A DNA stretch of 64,000 nucleotides from a bacterium (GTDB lineage Bacteria; Zixibacteria; MSB-5A5; GN15; FEB-12). The notes below the pieces were generated by a model. That model made no database searches. It was not told the DNA's origin and saw only the letters and a program-made list of their open reading frames with translations. Of the stretch, positions 8,328-17,433 are shown piece by piece (the stretch's first letter is position 1; each line of letters begins with the position of its first letter). The DNA lies in NCBI GenBank assembly GCA_043811375.1, contig JBDRNJ010000021.1:1-64000 (forward strand), in the 5' to 3' direction. Made by a program: the position numbers and the translations under genes.

Positions 8328-10001
8328 TCAATATTCGTCCATATTGAGAGCCACCGTGCGGCTCCAGCCATACTCAAATATCTGGAAGTACACGCGGTCA
8401 GATTCGACCCGCAGTACGTATCCATTCCTGACCTTGTCTCCCTCCTTGAGGATATAGCCATAGCCGTCCTTATCCTCAAACAGGGCGCTGTTGGAGCCGG
8501 CTTCCGATTCGAGCACACCTACCAACTCCAGTCCCTCAACATTCGGGATCCTCTTCTCAATAGGATTGTTGGAGACTTTGCTCTCGTTGATCAACGTTTC
8601 AAAGGGATCGCGAGAGTTGCCGACTTTGTACTTAATAACCAGTCGCTTGGGGAACTCAGCCACCAGCGTCCCCTTGATCTTGGTGGGACTGGTAGGGCTG
8701 CGACGGAACCGCGAGGTGGACTTATCCTCCTTATCGGTCCCCGGTTCTTCCTTGAGCATTCCGGTAGTATCTTTGTAGCTTTTTGATTTTTCGGTCTTCG
8801 TCGGTGCCGCCTGCTTACGATCCGGTGCTTTCTCAACGGGCTTGTCCACAGCCGGTTTCTGGCTGGGCTGATTGTCTGTCACCGCCAGGGTCGCGCTTGT
8901 CGGTGGCGCTTCAGGAGTTGCCTTGGTTGAGGTCTGTTTCTGCCCGGCAGGAATCGAGACCAAGGGAGCGGGAGTTTCTGTTTTCGGTTTCCGGGTCAGT
9001 ATCTGCGATGACGGGGCTTTCGGTTTGGCCGCCGGTTTTTCGAAACCGGCTTGGGATTCCGGTACCGGCGTACCGGCCGTTGTAGCAACAGGTTTGGTCG
9101 ATGTTTTCGCGGAGGTTTCGGCAACCACCGGGGTTTTAACCGGACTCTTCCTGGCAGACACCGGTTCCGGCGGCTGTTTATTGTCAACTCCGGATTCACT
9201 GGTAAGAGGCTGCGGCACAGTTAGATTCAGTAAATTCTCGTCAAACTCCGGCCCATAGGGTGTGTCTACAACCGTTACCGACACCGTCGGTGCTTCTGTC
9301 ACCGTCGGTGTTTTCGGGGTTGTCGTTTGAACGTCACCGGAGGAGGTAGTTCTAACTGCCGGGGGCTTCTTTACGGGTGGTGCAGATTTGGAGGGCGCTT
9401 TCTCCGGCGCCGGTTCGCCGGCCAGACTAAACAGGCGATCCTGGTCGATAGCGCTATTGAGTTCGGTTGAAGTCTTCCTGATCGGCTGCTGTTTGCCGTC
9501 GACGGATACCACTATCGTCGGGTCTTCCGGTTTCGTCTGGTCTGCCGCCGGCTTACCCTGAGCCGCAGCCCACTCCCGGGATGACCAGGCAGTAAACTGG
9601 CGGTGCAGCTTGTCCGGGAAGAACAAACTAATATGGTCGTCACCTGATGTAACTCGGTAAAAGGTCGATTGCTCCATGTCAAACACGAGGCGAACCACCT
9701 TTTCGGGTATGACTGCATACTGGCTGCTGCGGATACTCTCCACCGGACATTCCGGCAACGTGGTATAGTTTTTGGCCGGTAACTGATGAGTGGCCGAGAG
9801 GATATCGACAATCACCCGAAACGGTTTGCCGTCTTTGGCATCCTCGGTTTGGTGGGTGAATCGAACAGGCCCCTTGATGTCAATGCGGGCTGTGGCAGAA
9901 CCATCCTGGTACTGTAACGCCACGTTGGTCACCTGCGACGGCGCCGCAAAGGCCAGGGCGGAGAGCATAATCGCACATATGAGACTGGCTGTAATTCTCA
10001 T
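8328..10001 (-). CDS. AMIN domain - P/T/K-rich linker - PilP-like fusion protein
   Basis: N-terminal AMIN-like (PFRVIVDI...IRSSQY...VRLVFDM); C-terminal RDPF...LELVGVL...ALF...GYILKEGD PilP signature; occupies the pilP slot. Confidence 0.8.
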   Translation of the reverse strand: MRITASLICAIMLSALAFAAPSQVTNVALQYQDGSATARIDIKGPVRFTHQTEDAKDGKPFRVIVDILSATHQLPAKNYTTLPECPVESIRSSQYAVIPEKVVRLVFDMEQSTFYRVTSGDDHISLFFPDKLHRQFTAWSSREWAAAQGKPAADQTKPEDPTIVVSVDGKQQPIRKTSTELNSAIDQDRLFSLAGEPAPEKAPSKSAPPVKKPPAVRTTSSGDVQTTTPKTPTVTEAPTVSVTVVDTPYGPEFDENLLNLTVPQPLTSESGVDNKQPPEPVSARKSPVKTPVVAETSAKTSTKPVATTAGTPVPESQAGFEKPAAKPKAPSSQILTRKPKTETPAPLVSIPAGQKQTSTKATPEAPPTSATLAVTDNQPSQKPAVDKPVEKAPDRKQAAPTKTEKSKSYKDTTGMLKEEPGTDKEDKSTSRFRRSPTSPTKIKGTLVAEFPKRLVIKYKVGNSRDPFETLINESKVSNNPIEKRIPNVEGLELVGVLESEAGSNSALFEDKDGYGYILKEGDKVRNGYVLRVESDRVYFQIFEYGWSRTVALNMDEY

Positions 10002-10016
10002 TGGTCCGTCAACCTC

Positions 10017-10637
10017 CTAAAGGACAAGCTCATCAAGCCGTTCATTTTCTTTCACGAAGTAGGTGGAAAGCTTAAAGACGGCCGACATTGTTTCTTTTTT
10101 CTTCAATTCCTCCAGCCCCGAATCTTCACTGGCAACGGTGGCTCCAATGGCCACATTCTGGGATGTCAGTTCCATGTCGGAGATGTTGGCAATGAAAGGG
10201 AAATTCGCAATGTAGCCCGTGAAACGCCCGAAATCGTGATAGGTCCCGGTCATCTCGACCTCGAAGGAGGCAATGTTGTAAAACTGCTCCTCCTCCAGAG
10301 GCAGGGGCTGGATTCGAGTAATTTTGGTTCCCGTAAGCGATGAAGCGGTATGTAATTGAACCAGCAGTGAGGGGATTTGTTTGACCTCCGGAAGCAAGGC
10401 CTCGATTTCGTGGTAGCGGTCAACCAGGTCGCTGTATTCGGCGCGCAGAGCGTCGAGCGACTTGGCTTTCATTTCCACGTTTCTCAAGTTGGTGGTGATC
10501 GTCTCGAATTCCTGGCTCTTGAGAGCTAACTGGTTGTCGTAACTCGTGTAGAGCCGGGAATACCAGAAATAAACAACGATCAGAAAGGCCAGTGCTGCCA
10601 GCGCTATTTTTTGTGTGTTTGCGTCTTTGAAATCCAT
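10017..10637 (-). CDS. pilO: type IVa pilus protein PilO
   Basis: TM, coiled coil, LLPEVKQIPSLL, GTYHDFGRF; synteny. Confidence 0.9.
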   Translation of the reverse strand: MDFKDANTQKIALAALAFLIVVYFWYSRLYTSYDNQLALKSQEFETITTNLRNVEMKAKSLDALRAEYSDLVDRYHEIEALLPEVKQIPSLLVQLHTASSLTGTKITRIQPLPLEEEQFYNIASFEVEMTGTYHDFGRFTGYIANFPFIANISDMELTSQNVAIGATVASEDSGLEELKKKETMSAVFKLSTYFVKENERLDELVL

Positions 10638-10650
10638 AGGTTGCCCTTCC

Positions 10651-11373
10651 TCAGTTCAAATTCCTGTGGCCGGAGCGGTCGTTTCCGGTGCCGCCGGGGC
10701 TGTTTGAGTGGGCCAATAGGTTCCGCATGCTCTCTTCGGAGAGATAATGCAGGTTGCAGGTCAGGACAAAATTGTATGCCTTCTGATCCTGGAACTTGAC
10801 CTCGTCACTGGAGACCAGTTCGACATTTTCGAAATAGTCGGAGCGCATCATTTTTATCATGAACGATGCCAGGGCATTGAGGGTAAAACTGTACCCTTTT
10901 ACCTGCGCATTTCGTACGGTGGGCTCTCCGGACAGTGTTGCCGGCTGTTGAGAATCGGACTGGCCGGCAGCCTGACCGGCGATAGCGGCACTATCGACCA
11001 GCGGTTCCTCCTTGAAATGCCCCAACCAGACGAATTCCGGGACATTTCTGGCTACATCTTCCAGGATGCGTACCCAGGACGAGCGATGACTGTCCAGCCG
11101 CTCCACGGCCGTCATCCGGTCGGTTATCTTGTACTTGACATCAGTAAGAGCATCGACCAACTGGATGTCTTTTTCCAGCATGGCCGCCCGCCGCTGGGCA
11201 CTCTCTATATTATCCTCCAGACTGCTTATCTGATGTATCTGGTACACAGTTATACCGATCAGCATCAGGGCCACCCCGGCCACGCCGATGATGGCATACA
11301 GTCCGGCTTTTCCCAGAGAAAAGCTGAGGGATTTCTTGAGATACTCTTTGGGTAGTAAGTTTATCTCTATCAT
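10651..11373 (-). CDS. pilN: type IVa pilus protein PilN
   Basis: N-terminal INLLP motif, TM, coiled coil, VPEFVWL. Confidence 0.9.
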   Translation of the reverse strand: MIEINLLPKEYLKKSLSFSLGKAGLYAIIGVAGVALMLIGITVYQIHQISSLEDNIESAQRRAAMLEKDIQLVDALTDVKYKITDRMTAVERLDSHRSSWVRILEDVARNVPEFVWLGHFKEEPLVDSAAIAGQAAGQSDSQQPATLSGEPTVRNAQVKGYSFTLNALASFMIKMMRSDYFENVELVSSDEVKFQDQKAYNFVLTCNLHYLSEESMRNLLAHSNSPGGTGNDRSGHRNLN

Positions 11374-11380
11374 GGGATCT

Positions 11381-12433
11381 CTACCTCACCTTTCTCATCG
11401 CCAGACCGATCGGCACAGTCAACAGGGGAGCTATCTTTTCCGGTTCCAGGTACTGGAACAACTCCGGGTCATAGTCGACCTTGCGCAAGGGGTTGGCGAT
11501 TTCCAACGGAATATTCAGCTTCGACTGCAAGAACTCCGGTAGATAAGGTACCAGGGCTCCGCCGCCGGAAAGGACGACCCAGTCGAGGGCCTCCGTATTG
11601 GTCTGGGACTTATGATAGGAAAACGCCAGTTCGATTCCCGATACCAACTCTTCGGTGGCGGACACGATGGTAGCTTTGAGCATGTCCTGGTCAATCGAAT
11701 CGGTCATTTCCCCCTTGATGGCTTTGGCTGTCAGTTCCGGGTTCAACCGGAACTCTTTCTGGATGGCGTTGTAGATTTCCCGCGTGCCGGCCGAGACATC
11801 ACGAGTCGACTGATACAAACCTTCCATAATGTACGTCACGTTGGTGACATCGTGGCCGATATTGACCAGCGCCGTGACGCGGGTAGGGTCGATTTCGTAG
11901 TTGTTCTCGTAGGCGTTGAATATAGCCAGGGCGTCATCATCAACGATCACCGGCCGCAAGCCACAGTCGGATATCAGTTCCAGGAAATTCCTCAGGTATT
12001 CTCTTCGTGCAGCCACCAGCAGAACGTCCATCTTGTTGGTGGCTTCGTCGTCCTTAATGATGTGGTAGTCCAGGCTGACGTCATCCACGTCAAATGGGGC
12101 TCGTTGTTCAGTCTCGAACAGGATGGCCTGCTCGGCCTCGGAGCCGGTCTTGCGATCAATAGTGAAGCGATCAGTGATGACTCCATGGCCGGAGATCGAG
12201 ACCACAACATCTTTGATCTTGGGATCGGTCTGATCGATGAGAGACTGGATATTGAAGATAACGGCTTCCCGGTCCCGAATCTCGTCGGCCACGATTGCTT
12301 CCGGGGGTAATTCTCGAATACCTATGGCAGCAACCGAATGCCCCGACTTGGTATGATCCAGTTTTACCAGTTTGATCGAGGAAGCGCCTACATCCAGCCC
12401 AACGGTGCTTTTGCTACTACGCGAGAACAACAT
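11381..12433 (-). CDS. pilM: type IVa pilus actin-like protein PilM
   Basis: VGLDVGASSIK, VLLVAAR, LSGGGA, ANP, IGLAMR. Confidence 0.93.
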   Translation of the reverse strand: MLFSRSSKSTVGLDVGASSIKLVKLDHTKSGHSVAAIGIRELPPEAIVADEIRDREAVIFNIQSLIDQTDPKIKDVVVSISGHGVITDRFTIDRKTGSEAEQAILFETEQRAPFDVDDVSLDYHIIKDDEATNKMDVLLVAARREYLRNFLELISDCGLRPVIVDDDALAIFNAYENNYEIDPTRVTALVNIGHDVTNVTYIMEGLYQSTRDVSAGTREIYNAIQKEFRLNPELTAKAIKGEMTDSIDQDMLKATIVSATEELVSGIELAFSYHKSQTNTEALDWVVLSGGGALVPYLPEFLQSKLNIPLEIANPLRKVDYDPELFQYLEPEKIAPLLTVPIGLAMRKVR

Positions 12434-12479
12434 ACGTTTCTCTCTACTTTCAATTCACATTATTAAAGTTATGATCTAT

Positions 12480-12506
12480 CTATCGGCATTATCAGTCACC
12501 ATTTTA
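12480..12506 (-). promoter_or_regulatory. sigma28 (FliA/SigD)-like promoter upstream of pilM
   Basis: TAAA-N15-GCCGATAG. Confidence 0.55.
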
Positions 12507-12578
12507 CGGTTCTACTGATCAAAGACTGTTTTCCGGCAGAAAACCCGGAATTCATTTCACTCCGGCCAGTCAGAATAG

Positions 12579-12606
12579 TTATCGGACACACAGGGTCTCT
12601 CCTTTA
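12579..12606 (-). promoter_or_regulatory. second sigma28-like promoter upstream of pilM
   Basis: TAAA-N16-TCCGATAA. Confidence 0.45.
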
Positions 12607-12645
12607 AGGGATTTCCAGTTGTTTTGAAAGTTGTCGATAGACAAT

Positions 12646-12679
12646 AAAAAGGCCCCTCGAGCAGACGAGGGGCCTTTTT
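12646..12679. terminator. intrinsic (bidirectional-type) terminator after the pilin gene
   Basis: AAAAAGGCCCCTCG-AGCAGA-CGAGGGGCCTTTTT. Confidence 0.85.
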
Positions 12680-12703
12680 ATCATCGGGATAGCGAGATGC
12701 TAC

Positions 12704-13210
12704 CTAATAGAAATGTGCATATGAATGGACCCGACCCGTTGAGGCCAGTACATTGTAAGAGAGAAATCCCGCTGCCGCTTCTGAATAGGCCATGGCCCAG
12801 ATGTTGCCGCCTCCCTGGAAACTGGAGGATCCGTTGGGTCGGAAAACAAGGGCATCATTAGTCATGTCGGTTCCCAGATAGATGAATTCAAAAGGCAGCG
12901 TGTCGATTCTGACAACGGAATCCCCCACCTCGAAACTTCCACCGGTCGGGTTAACCAGGTCCTTAAACAGGGTGAGACACCTGACGTCGGGATCGAAATG
13001 GACACCAAATTGACTTTTGTCGGTCAGGGCCATTGACCGGGCCAAACGCAGGGTGGACACGATATCGCGACTGGTGCTGCGTATCTTTATCCTCTCCCAT
13101 GCCGTTTGAAATCGTGGCATGGCCATGCCGGCCACTATACCGACGATGACGACAGTCGTCATCATTTCTATGAGCGTAACGCCTCGGCTAAAACGAAGTC
13201 TGGATTTCAT
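12704..13210 (-). CDS. FimT/GspH-like prepilin
   Basis: Class III signal RG|VTLIEM, hydrophobic helix, LRLARSMA, FRPNG; start at ATG 13210 behind GGAG. Confidence 0.85.
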   Translation of the reverse strand: MKSRLRFSRGVTLIEMMTTVVIVGIVAGMAMPRFQTAWERIKIRSTSRDIVSTLRLARSMALTDKSQFGVHFDPDVRCLTLFKDLVNPTGGSFEVGDSVVRIDTLPFEFIYLGTDMTNDALVFRPNGSSSFQGGGNIWAMAYSEAAAGFLSYNVLASTGRVHSYAHFY

Positions 13211-13324
13211 TCTCCACCACCTTCTTGAGTATTTCGACAGCCTGTGCCTAACTGCTGCCGATGTTGCCATACATCAGACCGGGGAACTGGTCCGGCTGAG
13301 CAAGACCACGTCTGAGACAAACTT

Positions 13325-13340
13325 AGCACAACCTGTGCCT
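13325..13340 (-). promoter_or_regulatory. sigma54 (-24/-12) promoter for the pilin gene
   Basis: AGGCACAGGTTGTGCT = GG-N10-GC with GGCAC core. Confidence 0.55.
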
Positions 13341-13514
13341 TTCCCGCAGAAATGACCGGGACCCGCTCGGGGAGGTTGACACTGCCTTATCGGACACCGC
13401 CTTAGAACGACCAACCGGGAATCGGGTAAGTGCTGCCAAGAACAAATGACGATCGGCAGTTGTTGCATAAGTATGGGAGTTTCCCTATTGCAGTGGGGAG
13501 CGCTCAATTCGATG

Positions 13515-13542
13515 TTGACAAAACGGCGAATGCCCTTAACTT
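13515..13542 (+). promoter_or_regulatory. sigma70-type promoter for the S8 protease
   Basis: TTGACA-N16-TAACTT. Confidence 0.45.
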
Positions 13543-13609
13543 AACAATAGGTACTTACTTGCGGTGCTTTATTAAGTGATTGACCAACTTCAGCGATAAG
13601 GACTAATAT

Positions 13610-15982
13610 ATGACCAGATTAAACAAGCGATTGTGTTTTATCCTGTTGGTGCTCCTGGTGACACCAACTGTCCTCGCCTACGGTGGCGGCAGCCCTTCAA
13701 TTTTGATAGACGAGCCGGTGGTCCTGGAGAAAACGCCGCAGACGCTCTCACCCCGGGCTATGGAATATCTCATACAGAGAGATGGCCAGACTGTCAAAGT
13801 GTGGGTTTTCTTTACCGATAAGGATGTTTTCACGAAAGATCAGTTTATTTCCCAGGCGGCTACTGTCAAATTCAGCGAGAAAGTTATGGCCCGGCGGGCC
13901 AAAATGGGACTGCCCGATGTAGTTTTTGCCGACCTGCCGGTTGTTGAGAGCTATATTGACCAGGTAGTCAATCTGGGAGCCGAATTGCGACATAGTTCCC
14001 GGTATCTTAACGCCGCCAGCTTTGCGGTATCCGTTGAAAAACTCAATGAGATAGAAGCCCTGCCTTTTGTTCACCACCTCAGCCCGGTGGCCGGTTTCCG
14101 GTCGGGGCCTCAACCACCAGAACCGGTTGAACCGGAACCATCCGGCGATCTGATACCTGACCGAGGTCCGCTGGCGATTGACTACGGAAATGCCCTGGCG
14201 CAACTTACACAGATCAATGTTCCGGCGGTACATGACAAGGGGTATCACGGTGAAGGCGTTACGCTGGCGATCTTTGATACCGGCTACCGCAAATCCCATG
14301 AAGTTTTTGCCCAACACTATGCTGAGGGACGCGTACTGGCCGAATGGGATTTCGTTTTCAATGACGGCAACACCGCCAACGAGGGCGAGGACTGGTCCAG
14401 CCAGTGGAATCACGGCACCTACATCTGGTCGACATCCGGCGGTCTGAAGGACGGCGTCCTTTATGGTCCCGCTTTTAAGGGCAATTTCCTGCTGGCCAAG
14501 ACCGAGGACGTACGCTCCGAGACACCGGTGGAAGAGGACAACTGGGTGGCAGCGCTGGAGTGGGCCGATACCCTTGGGGCCGACGTAATTACTTCATCAT
14601 TGTGCTACTCTGACTGGTATACATATGCAGATTTCGACGGCAATACTGCTACTATCACCCTGGCCGCCAACACGGCCGCCGGTTTGGGAATTGTCGTCTG
14701 TAACGCTATGGGCAACAGTGGATCAGGATCGGGTACCCTGTTGGCGCCGTCCGATGCCTTTGATATACTGGCCGTGGGAGCTGTCGGTTCTTCGGGGACG
14801 ATAGCCTCATTCTCATCGCGGGGTCCCTCATATGACGGCCGTACCAAGCCGGAAGTTTGTGCTCGTGGAGTATCCACGGCTTGCGCCTCTACCGGGTCGG
14901 ACGCCAGTTACAGCAGCGTCAACGGAACGTCGCTGTCAACGCCGCTGGTGGCCGGAGCGGCCTGCCTGCTGATCCAGGCGCGACCGACTTTCACTCCACA
15001 ACTGATTCGTCAGGCGCTGATGGAAACCGCCGACAATGCCGCCACTCCCGACAATACCTATGGCTGGGGCATCATTAATGCCGACGCCGCCCTCGGCTGG
15101 GGGTCCGACTTCTCGGCTGATATAACAACCGGTGAGCCACCGATGACCATTCAATTCACCGACAACTCGACCGTAACGCCGACATCGTGGGCGTGGTCTT
15201 TCGGTGATAATGATTCGGCCTATACTCAGAATCCGTCCCATACTTATGCTCTGGCCGGGGCGTATGACGTGTCGCTTACAATTGGCAGTGCCTATGGTGA
15301 TATCACTCGCGAGAAGGCGGCCTTCATCATTCTGCTGGGCGACACGATAACCTTCCGGAGCGATCCGATCTATGCAGGGCAGCAGGTGGTCATTTCTGTC
15401 GATGCCGTCAATTCGCAGGCGCTGAACGAGATTATCGTACCGATAACCTACGACGAAGTTCCGATGATGGGTTTGAATTTCGATTCAATCACTTTTGGCA
15501 GTCGCACCGGTTACTTCGAGAGACTGAACTTCCTCCAATTCGATCCGGCCAATAACAAGTTCACGGTCAGCCTACGAGCGGACAACGGCGGCGGCTCGCC
15601 GCCGCTAACACCCGGAACCGGGGAGATAATGCGCATATATCTGACTATTGATGAACTGGCGTTCGGAGGGCTGACAAGTGTTATTGATACGACCGCTGCC
15701 CAGTATACGTTGGAAATGATGTCGGATCAACTCGACTATGAACCCCAGAGCCTGTCCGGTCTGATACAGACCCGGCCCGTCATCAGGGGGGACGCCGATA
15801 ACACCACCGCTATCGATGTGGGCGACCTGACCTACATGGTGGCGTATCTGTTCCAGGGCGGTTCGCCGCCGGTAACGATACAGGCCGGCGATGCCGATTT
15901 CAACTTCAGCCACGACGTCGGCGATCTGAATTACCTGGTGGCTTATCTCTTCCAGGGCGGAGCGCCGCCTGCCACGCCTTGA
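13610..15982 (+). CDS. secreted subtilisin-family (S8) serine peptidase with PKD, cohesin-like and dockerin-like domains
   Basis: Triad IFDTG / NHGT / GTSLS; PKD WSFGD..NPSHTY; duplicated GDAD..DVGDL.Y.VAYLFQGG.PP. Confidence 0.92.
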   Translation: MTRLNKRLCFILLVLLVTPTVLAYGGGSPSILIDEPVVLEKTPQTLSPRAMEYLIQRDGQTVKVWVFFTDKDVFTKDQFISQAATVKFSEKVMARRAKMGLPDVVFADLPVVESYIDQVVNLGAELRHSSRYLNAASFAVSVEKLNEIEALPFVHHLSPVAGFRSGPQPPEPVEPEPSGDLIPDRGPLAIDYGNALAQLTQINVPAVHDKGYHGEGVTLAIFDTGYRKSHEVFAQHYAEGRVLAEWDFVFNDGNTANEGEDWSSQWNHGTYIWSTSGGLKDGVLYGPAFKGNFLLAKTEDVRSETPVEEDNWVAALEWADTLGADVITSSLCYSDWYTYADFDGNTATITLAANTAAGLGIVVCNAMGNSGSGSGTLLAPSDAFDILAVGAVGSSGTIASFSSRGPSYDGRTKPEVCARGVSTACASTGSDASYSSVNGTSLSTPLVAGAACLLIQARPTFTPQLIRQALMETADNAATPDNTYGWGIINADAALGWGSDFSADITTGEPPMTIQFTDNSTVTPTSWAWSFGDNDSAYTQNPSHTYALAGAYDVSLTIGSAYGDITREKAAFIILLGDTITFRSDPIYAGQQVVISVDAVNSQALNEIIVPITYDEVPMMGLNFDSITFGSRTGYFERLNFLQFDPANNKFTVSLRADNGGGSPPLTPGTGEIMRIYLTIDELAFGGLTSVIDTTAAQYTLEMMSDQLDYEPQSLSGLIQTRPVIRGDADNTTAIDVGDLTYMVAYLFQGGSPPVTIQAGDADFNFSHDVGDLNYLVAYLFQGGAPPATP

Positions 15983-16180
15983 TAAGACAATCCAGATTGT
16001 TACTATTGTTACTATAGAAAGCTGATGTGTATCACGTCGGCTTTTCTTTTGCGGTCGAATCAATCGTAGCCGAGCTACCGGCGAACGGAGGGAGGGTGGC
16101 ACACGCAGTTTTTTTGTTTGGTGTCGAACCCGGGCCGGCTATAATACAGCACCCTGAACATCTTGCTAAAGGACAAACGG

Positions 16181-17167
16181 ATGAAACTCATCATGCCCGT
16201 TATACTATTGCTGTTGATTCCCGCCCACGGTGTTCCGGCTGCCGGAGAAACCCCGGACGGCCAAGTGGTAGAGATCACTGTGGCCGCGCAACTGCTGCAA
16301 CTTTCCGGCTACACGCAATACGAAATGGACTTGCGCGGTATGACCGACACCGGACTGGCGGTGTTGGGAAGCAGGCTGGAGTTTCCTGTTGATGTCGCCA
16401 TGGCGGGTTGCCGGATTCGCTTTCAGATGACGACCAAAGGCGGCAATGTCTGGTGGCTGGAGGGCAGTGTCTTTGCCAGCCTGGACAACCCTGGAAAAGT
16501 CATGAAAGATACCGACTGGAGTAAACGGCTTCCCAATCGAGCCATAGACGACTTCTACACGGAATCTCCGGTTGAAATGAAGTCGATCCTGATGACGCTG
16601 GAAGGTGGTCGACGCCTTCTCCAGCGCGGGTATGTGAATCTTTCAGCGTGGGGCGGGCTGCGCTATCAGCACATCCATCAGGATATCAACGGTTGGGACG
16701 GCTGGTACCTCGATTCCAATCTGGTGCGGTACGATTGGAGGGGTACCCTGCACGGAATAGTCTACAAGGTAACCCACATACAACCCCATCTGGGTCTACT
16801 GGCTGATATTGCCCCCGACGGAGATATTTCGCTCGAACTGAGGGCTGCCTACGCGCCGGTAATAACTTCCGATTTCGACGATCATGTGTTGCGAAATAAG
16901 ATTGCCGAATCCAGTCTAATCGGTCATGGTGTGCTTTCCGGGGTCAAACTTCGATTCCTTCTTTGCCCCAGCCGACATCGACCGACTCTGGAGTTGACTG
17001 GTGACTATCTCTATCTCCATGCCTCCGGTGACCAGCAGCAGACCTGGTACGGCGATGACCCTATGACTCCGGGGGTTGATGATACCGGGCGTAAAGTTAC
17101 CGGCATACCGCATGAGATCAGCAGCCGGCAGGCCAGTATCGGGGTGAGCCTGGGTCTGGTTTTCTGA
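16181..17167 (+). CDS. omptin-family outer-membrane protease-like beta-barrel
   Basis: SRLEFP, MKDTDW and DFDDHVLR match the omptin Asp-x-Asp and Asp-x-His catalytic pairs; C-terminal Phe. Confidence 0.75.
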   Translation: MKLIMPVILLLLIPAHGVPAAGETPDGQVVEITVAAQLLQLSGYTQYEMDLRGMTDTGLAVLGSRLEFPVDVAMAGCRIRFQMTTKGGNVWWLEGSVFASLDNPGKVMKDTDWSKRLPNRAIDDFYTESPVEMKSILMTLEGGRRLLQRGYVNLSAWGGLRYQHIHQDINGWDGWYLDSNLVRYDWRGTLHGIVYKVTHIQPHLGLLADIAPDGDISLELRAAYAPVITSDFDDHVLRNKIAESSLIGHGVLSGVKLRFLLCPSRHRPTLELTGDYLYLHASGDQQQTWYGDDPMTPGVDDTGRKVTGIPHEISSRQASIGVSLGLVF

Positions 17168-17190
17168 GATACCAGTGGCAAGTTACTTAT

Positions 17191-17387
17191 GTTGGTGAGG
17201 GCTTGCCTACCACCAATAGATGTGGCGTCGCCACCGGCGGACATAAAGCCCACCGCTACGCGGAGTTAGTAAGTTGTTACTTTCTTGCGCCGTTACGAAT
17301 CCTTCCGTGACGGCTATACTTGGTGCGGTCAGGAAAGGATTCCTGACCGCACGTGGAAATGTCGTCATCCTGAGCGGAGTCGAAGGG
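17191..17387. repeat. cluster of different REP-like elements between convergent genes
   Basis: GTAG-type half at 17236-17259 with degenerate partner at 17191-17214; perfect 13-bp palindrome at 17323-17352; GTCATCCTGAGCGGAGTCGAAGG at 17364. Confidence 0.65.
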
Positions 17388-17433
17388 TGAACGGCCGGGT
17401 ACAGGTCAGATGGTAATAGCGTCCAGGTCGCGT

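Noticed and set aside
8312..8518. N-terminal extension of the pilQ ORF in the track
   Set aside because: It overlaps the PilP-like domain in another frame; the signal peptide starts at ATG 8311/8308.
13385..13470. Further sigma28-like -10 boxes (TCCGATAA, GCCGATCG) upstream of the pilin
   Set aside because: No TAAA -35 element at the right spacing.
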